Below are positions 24,863 to 36,881 of a stretch of DNA of 64,000 nt, one piece after another. The notes below the pieces were generated by a model that saw only the letters and a program-made list of their open reading frames with translations, did not search any database and was not told where the DNA came from. The number at the start of each line of letters is the position of its first letter. Position 1 is the stretch's first letter. A program made the translations under genes and the position numbers. The stretch comes from Cetorhinus maximus (taxonomy: Eukaryota), in NCBI RefSeq assembly GCF_964194155.1, contig NC_135892.1, positions 105,214,001-105,278,000 on the forward strand. Reading direction: 5' to 3'.

Positions 24863-25583
24863 CTAAAGACAGGAGATCAAAACAGATACAATGAAGTAGC
24901 AGTGTAGTTGGAAGTGATCTATTTATAATGAAAGTATTGGATGGGGACTAGATTGTGCAATGGGTTAGCATGCTGTCCTTTTACATTTAGATTGTGGATT
25001 CATAAGTAGCCCAGGCAGAAGACAAAAGTTTCTTCTCTCTGTCTATATGCTTTGCCTCTTCCCCCACTGAACATGTTTAAATTAAGCTTTGTTGCACAGT
25101 CTCTGACCAATAACTCAATCTTTAAAACTGTGAGAATCCTTACCTTCTAGTTTCTCCTACAATTTTCAACATTTAAACTTTGCTTAGCATCAAAACGATA
25201 TGTTATTTAATTTGTCTTTTAATCTCTTCGATCTTGGTTGTGTCATACCTTGATGGTTGAGCTGAAAATGGCTATCAAATGCCTTCCAAGCACCTTGCCA
25301 ATAATGAAAGTGGGAAATGATTGCCTTGTAGGCATAGCTTCAGGTAACGTTTGGGGGAAGCCTGGAGGCATCATCCTTGTGGATAAGTTTATAGATGACG
25401 ATGGTTTTTAAGAAAGCCCCATAATTTTGCCACTGACAAAGTTAATTTTCACCAGCACAAGTGGCATAGCTAAGCACTTGTTAGATATTCACTCCCTCCA
25501 CCACTGGGGCACCATGGCTACAGTGTGTTTTATCTACAAGATACAGTTCAGCAACTTGCCAAGGCTCCTATGACTGCACCTTC

Positions 25584-25641
25584 TGTTATGGACAGAATTT
25601 GTGTGGTCCCTTCCAGGCCATGATCAGGATGTTTGTGTGTA

Positions 25642-25675
<34 letters not shown>

Positions 25676-26571
25676 TTCCTTACTTTCGGATATGTTTTCT
25701 TATTTTTAAAATAAATTCCAGCAGCAGGCTTTTTGGTGATTTAAAAAAATAAAGAAGATTATTTATTATTACACACTTGCCCCAGATATTTGAAATGCAA
25801 CATCTCAATCGCTCATCTCGCTCACACCATCACACGCAAGATTAGATACAGGTGAAGTTAAAGCTCTTGTTATAAATATTCAATTTTTATAATTAAGTAT
25901 CTATGTCGATGCAGCCTCATATCTTCTTAGTTGATACTTAGTTGGAGTGAAGGTCCTTTAGAAACAAAGGATTCTCATGAAGCTGAGAAGCCTCGTGTAG
26001 AAAAATAGCAAGCAGATTGGTTCTCGGGCAGACTTGGAAACTGGAACAAGTTCAGTACTTTGGGCTGCATCAGAAGACTTTCAGCTGTGATGGTTCAGAT
26101 GTTCAGACATTTCTCCCTGCCAGATTTGCTTTGTTCATGGTGTATTTTACTGCAGTCTCTGAAAGTTAGTTTCATTCACATGACTGCAGGGTTAACATTT
26201 CTAGGGTCCAGACTGCCAAGATACAATAGCAGTTAACAATGGCCATCCACTCTTATCTGTCCCAACTCAAATAGTCTCTTTTGTTCAATATGACACTTGG
26301 AAATCAACAGTCTAGAGATCCCATAATCCCCAAATGCTGGTTCATCCTCAAACAATGAAATATGTAAACTTCATAGGTGACTGCAAAGCACCTTATTCAG
26401 ATCCATGTTTAACTAAATATTGGCCACAGAATTGAATACTGTCCACAGTTTAAATGCCCATTGTCACATGTTAAGTTGCAGCCACCTTAACAGAGTTTGT
26501 GGTCACTTTGGTAAAGTATGATCTTACAGTTCGTAATATCCAATATCCTCATGCTTGTACTGAGCATGACA
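25584..26571. mobile_element. Solo LTR-like element (988 bp)
   Basis: TGTTATG...CATGACA termini and a 4-bp TSD CTTC. It splits the CR1 motif gcaccttc|caaaccc. Confidence 0.75.
25644..25673. repeat. (GT)n microsatellite
   Basis: About 15 GT units inside the solo LTR. Confidence 0.9.
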
Positions 26572-26816
26572 CTTCCAAACCCACCACCTCTATTACCTAT
26601 CATAACCAGGCGATTAGGCACATGGGAACATCACGACCTGCAAGTTCCCCTCAAAATAACACACCATCCTGACTTGGAAATATGTCACTACTCCTTCACT
26701 GCTACTGGGTCAAAATCCTGGAACTTCCTCTTTAACAACATTGTGTGTGTACCTATATTACATGGACTGCAGCTGTTCATGACCACCTGCTCAAGGGTAA
26801 TTAGGAATAGGACCAG

Positions 26817-27728
26817 TGTCATGAAAGGATAATAATTCCCATATTATTATTGTGATTTATTGTAAAAGTAGGTTGATAGTGGGGTTTGGATAGTTTGTGT
26901 GTGTGTCTGTGCGCGTGTGTGCACACGCGTGGGACTTAATTGAATTGGAGACAGCTGGTCTGGAGGCTTTGATTCATTAAAAGAATCTAGGTTTGAAACG
27001 CTAAATATGTAAACATGGCTGATGTCTTAGAATGTAGGGTGAGGAGAATTTGCATTTTTAGATAAATCAGGGCAGTTTAAATTTCAAAGAGATGATAGGA
27101 TGTTTACACCTAGCCAGAGAAGCTAAGCCAAGCAGTGTGTTTATTTTTCCCAAAGGTTACTGACAATATTAGCACCATGAAAAGATTTATATTATGAGAA
27201 AAGTAAAGTTCCAAAGACATATGGGAACAGTGAAATTTACATTAAAAGGAAGAAACATGTATAATGGAGAATGAGGTTGTGTCAGGAAGGCATTATAAGA
27301 TCCAACAAAAGTGTGAGAAGCCTCCAGTATTTGTGCATTAAGCCTGCTGTCTACAGAAACCGAAGCTGGGAAAAGCCACTTTGAATTCTACTGTCCATGG
27401 TATTGTGTTGACTTGCCTGGATCTGTTTAAATCTATTTTTTTTCCACTGTTGCCTTAATGGGCTAGTAACTGGAAGCCAAATTAATTAGGGGTTTTAGGA
27501 GATATTATAGTGGTAATTTGTAGACCTATGTATGTGCTTGCAATCTTTTCTTTTGTTAATAAATGTTTAATGTAGTATTTTTTAAAAATCTCTGAAGTCC
27601 TGGTGGACTCTGAATTCAGGGCACGGATCTTGAAATAAATACAAATTGCAAAACCATTGTGATAGTGTGATCAAGCTTCTCTTGTGGATTTGATCCACCT
27701 GGCACACATCATCTGCCACGTCATTACA
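26817..27728 (+). mobile_element. Solo LTR (912 bp)
   Basis: TGTCATG...ATTACA termini, 5-bp TSD ACCAG (26812-26816 and 27729-27733), AATAAA near 27558. Confidence 0.78.
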
Positions 27729-28006
27729 ACCAGCCATGCCATGACGCTCAAATCACATGAACAAACTAAAACTTGTTTGCTGACCATTTAACTGCCTCTC
27801 TTGATTAGTTCTCTAAAGAAGCTCACTGACCTTTGAGTTCTGACAAAAAATACAAAATATTAACCTGTCATTTCAGATGCTGGGAGACCTACTATGTTTT
27901 ACCTGATTTTCTATTTTGATTTTGCAGTTTGTTTTTCTTCATTGTCCAAAATCCATAATTCCAAAAAATAATTCATGCTTTGATCGGAACAATTGCAAGA
28001 ACATAC

Positions 28007-28143
28007 CTCCAAGATCTTGTCACCCTCTTTAAGTCTTCCATCAAGAGCTGCTGATTCATTTTCTCTTATTTTAGCAACGTAGATTCCACAATTTCCAGGA
28101 TAACAGGGTTTATCCGCTCCTCCCAAGATGTTAAACCCAAATC
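28007..28143 (-). CDS. SYNJ2BP: SYNJ2BP-like, exon 2 (PDZ core)
   Basis: ttacag|..[45 protein letters not shown]|gtatgt. 137 nt, phase 1/0. Closely matches SYNJ2BP GLGFNIVGG...[26 protein letters not shown]. Confidence 0.9.
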
Positions 28144-28824
28144 CTGTAAGTGAGTACCAAGCATGAATGTAAAACAAAATGATATGGAATTGTAATATTA
28201 GGTACAATAGAACTCAATAATAATCTTGCCCTCACTGGAGATAGCAATTATCATCTATTTATACTATATTGAATCATTAAGGCAAGTGAATTGAAACATC
28301 AAAAAATTCATGGGGTAGATATTGGGTATTGTGGTGTTTGTTACTGGGCTAATAATCCAGAGGCTTGAACTAATAATCCAAGAAGTGTTAGTGCAAATCC
28401 CACTGTGACAGTTTGAGAATTTGAATTCAGATGAAATCCGGTCAGTAAAAGTGACCATGAAATTGTCTGCTTGTTGTAAAAACTTAGCTTTTTCACCAAT
28501 GTTCTTTTGGAAAGGAAATCTGCAGTCCTTAATCAAGTGACTCCAGTCCCACGCCAATGCGGTCAACTCTTAACAACCTTCTGAAAAGGCCTAATAAACA
28601 AGCCCCTAAGTCAGGTCAACGAGCGATGGGCAATAACTTCCAGCAGTTCCCACTTCCTAAAGATGATTAAAAAACATTACTGGGAAAATTTGAAATTGCT
28701 GTCTGATCTTGGGCAATTGGTGAAAACACAGGGCATTAGGAGGTGAAATGGAACTTCAGAAACAAGAGCAGGCTATTCAGCCTGTTCCACCAATCAATCA
28801 GATCATAACTGATCAGTACAGTGC

Positions 28825-29340
28825 AAATAGAAACATAGAAACTAGGAGGAGTAGGCCATTCGGCCCTTTGAGCCTGCTCCTCCATTCATTATGATCATGG
28901 CTGATCATCCAACTCAATAGTCTGCTCCTGTTTTCTCCCCATACCCTCTGATCCCTTTCGCCCCAAGAGCTATATCTAACTCCTTGAAAACATACAATGT
29001 TTTGGTCTCAACTACTTTCTGTGGTAACGAATTCTACAGGCTCACCACTGTCTGGGTGAAGAAATTTCTCCTCATCTCAGTCCTAAATGGTCTACCCCAT
29101 ATCCTCAGACTGTGACCCCTGGTTCTGGACACCTCCACCATCTGGAACATCCTTCCTACATCTACCCTGTCTAGTCTTGTTGGAATTTTATAGGTTTCTA
29201 TGAGATCCCCCCTCATTCTTCTGAGCTCCAGCGAACATAATCTTAATCGACTCAATCTCTCCTCAAATGTCAGTCCCGCCATCCCAGGAATCAGTTGGGT
29301 AAACCTTTGCTGCACTCGCTCTACAGCAAGTACATCCTAG
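28825..29340 (-). mobile_element. CR1 LINE 3' fragment
   Basis: QQRFTQLIPGMAGL..EERL...RRMRGDLIETYKI motif plus tail. Confidence 0.85.
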
Positions 29341-29959
29341 TGTAGTGATACTTATGGACAGTTGGACTGGAAACTATATTTTTGATCAGCTGCATGCAGA
29401 TCATTTCTCCCATCTCTGTACTTCAATTTTAAACACCGCTGAGATTTGAAGTGCTGCTGTTCAGTTCCTCTTCACCCATTTAACACTGAAGAAAGTTTCT
29501 AGCTGGCTATTTTAACAGCCGCTTTTACATTCAGCAAGCATTCAGTTCACTGGTGCTGCCTAAAATTTGCCTAAATTAAAATGCTGACTTCCATTCAACA
29601 ACTAGTTCACGGCAAATGCTTTAACATGCATGAGTTTTGAAAATAGTTTTCTCATGTAACAAACCTGCATCAACCCATTTTGTCCTGCACCTTCTGTTCA
29701 TTATTAGAAAGAGCTTGCATTTATTTAGCACCTTAACACCACCTCAGGATGTTCCAAAGTGTCTTCCAACAAAGGAATTACTTTAGAAGTGTAGTACTGT
29801 TAGATTCACAGCCAAGAGGTCATGATTTAAAATTCCACATGGCAGACTGAATTCAATAAATCTGGTCATTTGTGACGTAACGCCAGAAAATAACCATGAA
29901 AAGAGAGGAGAGGACAAGAGAGTAAGGTAGCATTAAGGGAAATGATAGAGTGTGGCAGG

Positions 29960-32690
29960 AAGGGACAGAGCATACAAACTTAAGAGTGTGCTTGCAGATA
30001 AGGCTAGAGGTTGTGAAAATAATAAAAAATAATTAAAGGCTCTCTATCCGAATGCATGCAACGCTCACAATAAGGATGAATTGATAGCACAAATAGAAGC
30101 AAACAGATATGATCTAATTGCCATTACAGACACATGACTGCAGGGTGACCAAGGCTGGAAACTGAATATTCAAGGGTATTCGACATTTAGGAAGTGTAGG
30201 CAAAACGGAAAAGGGGGTGGGGTAGCCCTGTTAATAAAGGATGAGATCAGTATGTTAGTGAAAGAGGTTATTAGTGAGAAGATCAAGATGCAGAATCAGT
30301 TTGGGTAGAGCTATGAAACAGCAAGGGACAGCAAACGCTGGTAGGATCTGTTTATAGACCACCAAACAGTAGTGGTGATGTAGGGCATGGTATAAATCAG
30401 GAAATTAGAGATGCATGTAACTAGGGTAATACAGCAATCATGCAGACTTCAACCTATGTATAGATGGGTAAACCTAATTAGCACTAATGCTGTGGATGAT
30501 GAATTCCTGGAATGTGCATGAAATGGTTTTCTAGAACAGTATATTGAGGAACCAACTAGAGAATGGGCTGTTTTAGATCTAGTAATGTGCAATGAAAGGG
30601 CTAATTAATAATCTTGTTGTAAAGGAACCTTTAGGAAATAGTGACCATAATATGATGGAATTTTATATTAAGTCTGAAAGTGAAACTCATGTCTTTAATC
30701 TAAACAAAGGAAACTATGAAGGTATGAGGGGTAAGTTTGCTGTAGCAGATTGGGAAACAACATTAAAAGGTAAGATAGTAGACAAGCAATGGCTAACATT
30801 TAAAGAATTAATACATGGTTTACAACAAATGTACATTCCTTTGAGGCACAAAAACCCAGCAGGAAAAGTGATCCAACCATGAGAAGTTAAGGATTTTATT
30901 AGATCGAATGAAAAGGCTTATATAGTTGCCAGAAAAATAGTAGTAAGCCTGAGGATTGGGAAAATTTCAGAATTCAGCAAAGGAGAACCAAGAAACCTAT
31001 GGAGAAAGAAAAAATAGAATACAAAAGTAAAATAGCACGAAACATAAAAATGGAATGTAAAAGCTTCTATAGATATGTAAAAAGGAAAAGTTTGGAAAGA
31101 CAAATGTAGGCCCATTACAGGCAGAGACAGGAGAATTTATAATGAGGAATAGGAAATGGCAGAGAAACTAAGTAATTACTTTGTGTCTGTCTGCATGGAG
31201 GAGAATACAAAAAAACCTCTTTAAAATACTAGAGAATCAAAGGATTAGTGAGATTGAGGACCTGAAAGAAATTAGTATTAGTGGAAAAGCATACCAGAGA
31301 AATTAATGGGACTGAATGTTAATAAATCCTCTCCCTGGACCTGATGATCTACATCCCAAGGTATTGAGAAAGGTGGCTGCACTGGTGATCATCTTCCAAA
31401 ATTCTATTGATACTGGAATGGTTCCTATAGACTGGAAGGTAGCAAACATGACCCCAGTATTTCAGAAAGGAGGGAAAGAGGAAACAGGGAACTACAGTCC
31501 TGTTAGCCTGACATCAGTCAGTAGTCGGAAAAATGCTAGAGCCTATTATAAAGGATATGATAACTGGACACTTAGAGAATAATGGTAGCGTTGGACAGAG
31601 TCATCATGGATTTATGAAAGGGAAATCATGTTTGACAAACATGTTGAGTTTTTTAAGGAGGTAACAAGTAGATAAGGGAGAACCAGTTAACGTGGTGTAT
31701 TTGGATTTTCAGAAGGCTTTCGATAAGATTCCAAACAAAAGGTTAGTTAGCAAAATTAGAGTACATGGGATTGGGGGTAATATACTGACATGGATTGAGG
31801 ATGGTTAACTGACAGAAAACAAACAGTAGGAATAAATGGGTCATTCTCAGGCTGTGACTAGTGGAGTACTGCAAGGATCAGTGCTTGGGCCCCAGCTATT
31901 TGCGATCTATATCAATGATTTGGAGACCAAATGTAATATTTCCAAGTTTACTGATGATACAAAACTAGGTGGGAGTTTGAGTCTTGAGGAGGATGCTAAG
32001 AGGCTTCAAGGGGATTTAGACAGACTAAGTGACTGGGCAAGGACGTGGCAGATGGAATTTAATGTGGAAAAATGTGAAGTTATCCACTTTGGTAGGAAAA
32101 ACAGAAATGCAGAATATTTCTTAAATGGTGAGAGATTGAAAAGGTCCAAAGGGACCTGGTTGGTGAGACTGCACCTAGAGTATTGTGTACAGCTTTGGTC
32201 GCCTTACCTAAGCAAGAATATACTTGCCATAGAGGGAGTGCAACAAAGGTGCACCTCACTGATTCTTGGGATGGCAGGATTGTCCTATGAGGAGACTTGG
32301 CCTATATTCTCTAGAATCTAGAAGACTGAGGGATGATCTCATCGAGACATCCAAAATTCTTACAGGTCTCGACAAGGTTGATGTAGACAGTATGTAGAAC
32401 CAGGGGACACAGTCTCAGAACAAGGCTATTTAGGACCAAGGTGATGAATTTCTTCACTCAGAGGGTGATGAATCTTTGGAGTTCTCTAACCCAGAGGTCT
32501 GTGGAGGCTCAGTCATTGAACATGTTCAAATCAGAGATGGATAGATTTCTACTTATTAAAGATATCAAGGGAAATCAGGAGAGTGCAGGAAAATGACATT
32601 GAGACAGAAGATCAGCTATGATTTAGTTGAATGGTGGAGCAGGCTCAAGGGGCCAAACACCCTACACCCTGCTCCTATTTCCTATATAAG
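29960..32690 (+). mobile_element. CR1 LINE ORF2 (APE + RT), decayed
   Basis: EPLGNSDHNM (APE), PGPDDLHPKVL, GVLQGSVLGPQLFAIYINDL..SKFTDDTKL (RT), followed by the CR1 3' tail. Confidence 0.9.
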
Positions 32691-32719
32691 CTGCTATGTT
32701 GTAAAAAAAAAATACTGGT

Positions 32720-33090
32720 GTGGCTGTGGCTAAGGATGGTGCATCCTGCAAGGCATCAAATCAGTCGCTGACTAAAGTCATCAAGAAGCTGCCCAAGAAA
32801 TGGAGAAAATCTCACAAGCTGAACTATTCCACTTGTGTATACAGGGTGCTGACCCAGGTTCACCCTTCCACCAGGATCTTGTCCAAGGCAATGAGTGTCA
32901 CAAACTCCTTCGTTGTTGATATTTTCAAGCGCATTGTCTCCAAGACCTCCACCTCATCTGTTACAAGTGCCACACCATCTAGGCCAGGGAGATCCAGGGC
33001 TCCATCCAACTCATGCTACCAGGGGAACTGACCAAACAAGACATTTCTGAAGGTACGAAAGCAGTCACCAAACACACCAACTCCGTTTAG
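32720..33090 (+). pseudogene. H2B: Histone H2B pseudogene, antisense within SYNJ2BP-like intron 1
   Basis: YSTCVYRVLTQVHPSTRILSKAMSVTNSFVVDIFKRI, then a 1-nt frameshift near 32950 and an in-frame TAG at 32980, then [35 protein letters not shown]. No ATG (GTG instead) and no 3' stem-loop seen. Confidence 0.9.
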
Positions 33091-33689
33091 GTCCACCATT
33101 CTAATGATTAACATCCTTTAGGGAAGGGAGCATGTCATTCGTACATGATGTGACTTATATGCGTCTCCACTCTCACACTACATTGTTGTCTCTTAATCCC
33201 CTTTAATTAGGGTTGAGCAATAAATACCGCCTTTCCAGTACTGCTGATATGCCAAGAACAATGTGTGCCTAAAGGCTGACTCCCACTAAAGTATGAGGTA
33301 TGAGGCTGCTGCAGGTCAGAACCTTTCCTCCAAAACAATTATCTCCCTTTGAAGGGCTGAACGGTGTACTCCTGCTCCTAAGTCCTTTCTTCCTTTTGCC
33401 TCAAATTCATCTTACTTTTGTCCAAATTTCACAAATTGCTATTTGAAATCGATTTACAATACAGCATGCAGTAAAATTATACCTAATTCCTGAATTTCAA
33501 GTCTTCTGGGTGAAACAAGCAGTAAAATTAAACCTAATCACTTCATTTCAAGTCATCTGGTGGGGGGAAGAAACATAATTATCTGAAATAAATTTGTGCT
33601 TGATGAACTGCTTCTGTTTGGAGTGTACAGAATGTGAAAGTTTGGAACATGTTTCAAGGATATCATAAATCTGAGTTCCAATATCAACA

Positions 33690-33910
33690 CCTCGTTGTCC
33701 TTTTGTCTATCTTTTGGCAATCTCCACCTATCACTGGCCCTCTATCCAGCTCTACCTGTCCCACGCCCCCTTAAACCAGCTTATATTTCACCTCTTTTCT
33801 ATTTTTCTTTAGTTCTGGTGAAGAGTCATACGAACTCGAAACGTTAACTGTATTCCTCTCCGTAGATGCTGTCAGACCTGCTGAGTTTTTCCAGGTATTT
33901 TTGTTTTTGT
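33690..33910 (+). mobile_element. Penelope terminal fragment
   Basis: Same terminus as 40137-40584 and 7862-8000. Hammerhead-like motif at 33811-33849. Confidence 0.65.
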
Positions 33911-35296
33911 TCCAATAAGATTGATGGACCACTCAGTTAATGCAGATGTCATCTGAACCATTCAATATTTTACTGCTCTTAGAACCTCCGTTCTATTATT
34001 AGAAAAATGAGCTTGCGTTTATTAGCCACATCCTCATTACTAACAAGTAGTAAAATATATTGTGATATAATTTATCCCATTCTCTTCGTCTGAAGACATT
34101 AGAGATGAAATTCAACTTCAGTAGGGATGCAGAGAGGGACAGTTATAGGAAAGGAAATACGGTGGGGTGTATAATGGGCAGCCAATCCACTACCACTTTT
34201 TTGTGGCCTGAAGCTGGGTTTCACCCCTATCAAATCAGTTGTTGTATGATTCTAAGGGCACAAATCACTTTCAGGTACCTCAACAAACCTACCATTGCTC
34301 CTTTGAAAATCTGAACAGTGAGTGTTAGCAAGCTATTTTGCTGTAGACGTATCATAGCCAAATTCAATTTTGTTTTCACCCAACTTCTAAAGGCTTTTTG
34401 GCAGTGATCACTGGATAGTTAATAGGAGTGGGATCCCCAACTGGACTTCCTCTCCTAAACCTGGGGTGATGAATGCAACTATCATTTAAGCCTGGTATCA
34501 ATCAACTTTGCACAGCCATGGAATTAAATGGGGAACTTTCAGATGTGTAAGGCTCATTTACACTATGCCTTTAACAACTGAGCCACAGGCTGTAGCTACC
34601 CATCTCTTGCTGTCTGTTTGGTACCCTTGCTTCCAGGAAACCACAAAATTGATAATTAATTGTGAACAAAAATAAATAACATTTTTAATATATTACAGAT
34701 CACAGCCTGGAGATACAGGAGTATAAATTTGTTTTAGGCAATTGGGGGATAACAATCAGCAACCTATTTTGCAATCTACCTTTTCTTTTCATTTCAATTT
34801 GTAATCTAGCATCTTAAAATTAAAGCTTAAATTAAATCCAAGAGAAGACATTTCACACAAAGGATTGTGACAATGTGGAGTGTATAGGTCTAGACAACCA
34901 TAGTTGCAAAATCAATTGAGATGTTTAAAAGGGACACAGGTGCTTCCTGGGGAATGTAGACGAATGAAGGGCAGTGAAATGAGATTAACAAATGATGAAA
35001 CAGACTTGTAGGGCTGAAAAGCTTACTTCTGTTTCAAGGCAGTTCGACCTCATTGTTCAGATGATGTTGACAAAATGTTTTTTTTAGAGTTACAAAGTAT
35101 TATACCAGAGGCAGGACATTCTGCCCATCAAGCTTGTACCTGGTGTTATTCTAATCTATTCATTAACTTGTATTTTTATAATGCCTGTAATGAAGCAAAA
35201 CATGCCAAGGCACTTCACGGAAGAGTTAGCAAACAAAATGAGACACCCAGCCATATAGGGAGATATTGGGGGCAGATAACCATAAGCTTGGTTGAA

Positions 35297-35439
35297 ACTC
35301 TTTCGAGTTATCAACAGTCACAGATTGCAACTCGTTCAAGTACAATCATAGTTCTTGGTTTCCGGGAGTGGGACATGAACCCACAACCCTCTTGATTCAA
35401 AGGCGAGGGTGCTATGAACTGAGCCACAGCTGACACCTC
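35297..35439 (-). mobile_element. Short tRNA-headed insertion with a 14-bp TSD inside an L2 fragment
   Basis: TAAGCTTGGTTGAA is duplicated at 35283-35296 and 35440-35453. The head is the same A/B-box type as the SINE at 13826. Confidence 0.65.
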
Positions 35440-36802
35440 TAAGCTTGGTTGAAGAGGCACTGTCTTAAGAGAGGAAAGGGAACTAGAGAGGTGGAGAACT
35501 TTAGGGAGGAAATTCCACAACTTCAGGCCATGGCAACTGAAGGCATAGCTATCAAGGGTGGAACTCAAGTGGCTAGAATTGGAGGAGCACAGTTATTTCA
35601 AACAGTTGTAGCACTGAAGGAGATTGGTAGGGGTGAAGCCAGGGGAGGGATTTGAAAATAAGGAAAGAAATTTAAAAGATGAGTTGCTTAACCAGGCACC
35701 AATTGGGGTCAGTGACCACATTGGTGATGGGTGAACTTGATGAGTTAGCACATGAACAGAGTTTTAGATGACCTCAAGATCATGGAGCGTAAACTTCCCA
35801 TATTGTTTAAATATTCCTCCTATTCCAGCAACTAATTGCTTTTCAAAAGGCTTTATAGACACTGCTTCAACAATTGTGTGGCAACAACTTTCAAATTCAA
35901 ACCACACAACATAAAGTTTTTTAACTCCCACCTCTTTTATATGATGTAACCATTAACATACTTTGCACCTTTGTTCCATGGTATAAAATTCCTTTGATTA
36001 TGGAAGAGTGTATTATCCAACTGTGTTGCTATATAAAAATCCCTTATACAAGTAATTAAAACTTAGCTCAGATCTGTAGGGTTTCAGAACTAAAATGGCC
36101 AGCAGAACTCAAAAGTGGTTGCACATCAAACCTCAAAAGTTTCAGCAGTACAAAATTAATGAAGATTGGCTTGTTACTGCAGAAATTCTCAGTATATCAT
36201 ATGCTGTGGTTATAATTTAGGATCAAAAGAGATTTGGGATATTTTGGGAACTGTTCTCCTTATTGCAGTAAAGCAGATAAATGTGCTTATTTTTCACAGA
36301 ATTTTATATAGATTACTCCAGAGACTTGATCATGCAATCCAGTCTAGCATTCAGTGCAGTATTGAAGGAATGCTGCAATGTTGGAGATGACGTTTCAGAT
36401 GCGAAATCAAACCAAGGCGTCCGTCCTGGTCAATATTTATCTATCAACCAACATCAATCATTAGTGGTCATTATTTCGTTGCAATTTGCAGGAACTTTCT
36501 TCCTACATTACAACAATGGCTACACTTTAAAAGTACATTATTAACAGTAAAACGCTTTAGGAAATGTTATTAAAATGCAAGCTCTAATCTTTAGACTAAT
36601 TTTCCTTCCCTCACGGTCTTTGTAAGGACAGAATACTGGTGTGAGAATTCAAATATTGTAAAAATGTAATTTTTTCAAATGTTGGATGCACCTTAGCAGT
36701 CCAGAGCTGCTGTTCCAGGATACAGACCGGCTAGGTCACGCGTAACAATTTATATCCATTCCGAACTGAGCACGCAGGATGCCAAAGAGTTTCTCTGCTG
36801 AC

Positions 36803-36881
36803 CTGCATTTCCTCTTTTCAACATTATGATGTGAGATTCCGTTCTCAGGCGGAGCAAGTCTCTCCTGCCCCTGGTCACCAT
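36803..36881 (-). CDS. SYNJ2BP: SYNJ2BP/OMP25-like PDZ protein, coding exon 1
   Basis: AACATGG Kozak context with an in-frame TAA upstream. Encodes MVTRGRRDLLRLRTESHIIMLKRGNA+G with a phase-1 donor AG|GTCAG. Aligns with SYNJ2BP EEINLTRGPS-G and joins exon 2 to give the GFGF loop. Confidence 0.8.

Noticed and set aside
33468-33560. Diverged ~51-bp tandem duplication
   Set aside because: Only two copies and no functional signal. An ordinary local duplication.
34292-34340. Alternative exon 1 for the PDZ gene (..QRSNG|gtaggt)
   Set aside because: In-frame stop upstream and no ATG. 36803-36881 fits the PDZ betaA strand far better.
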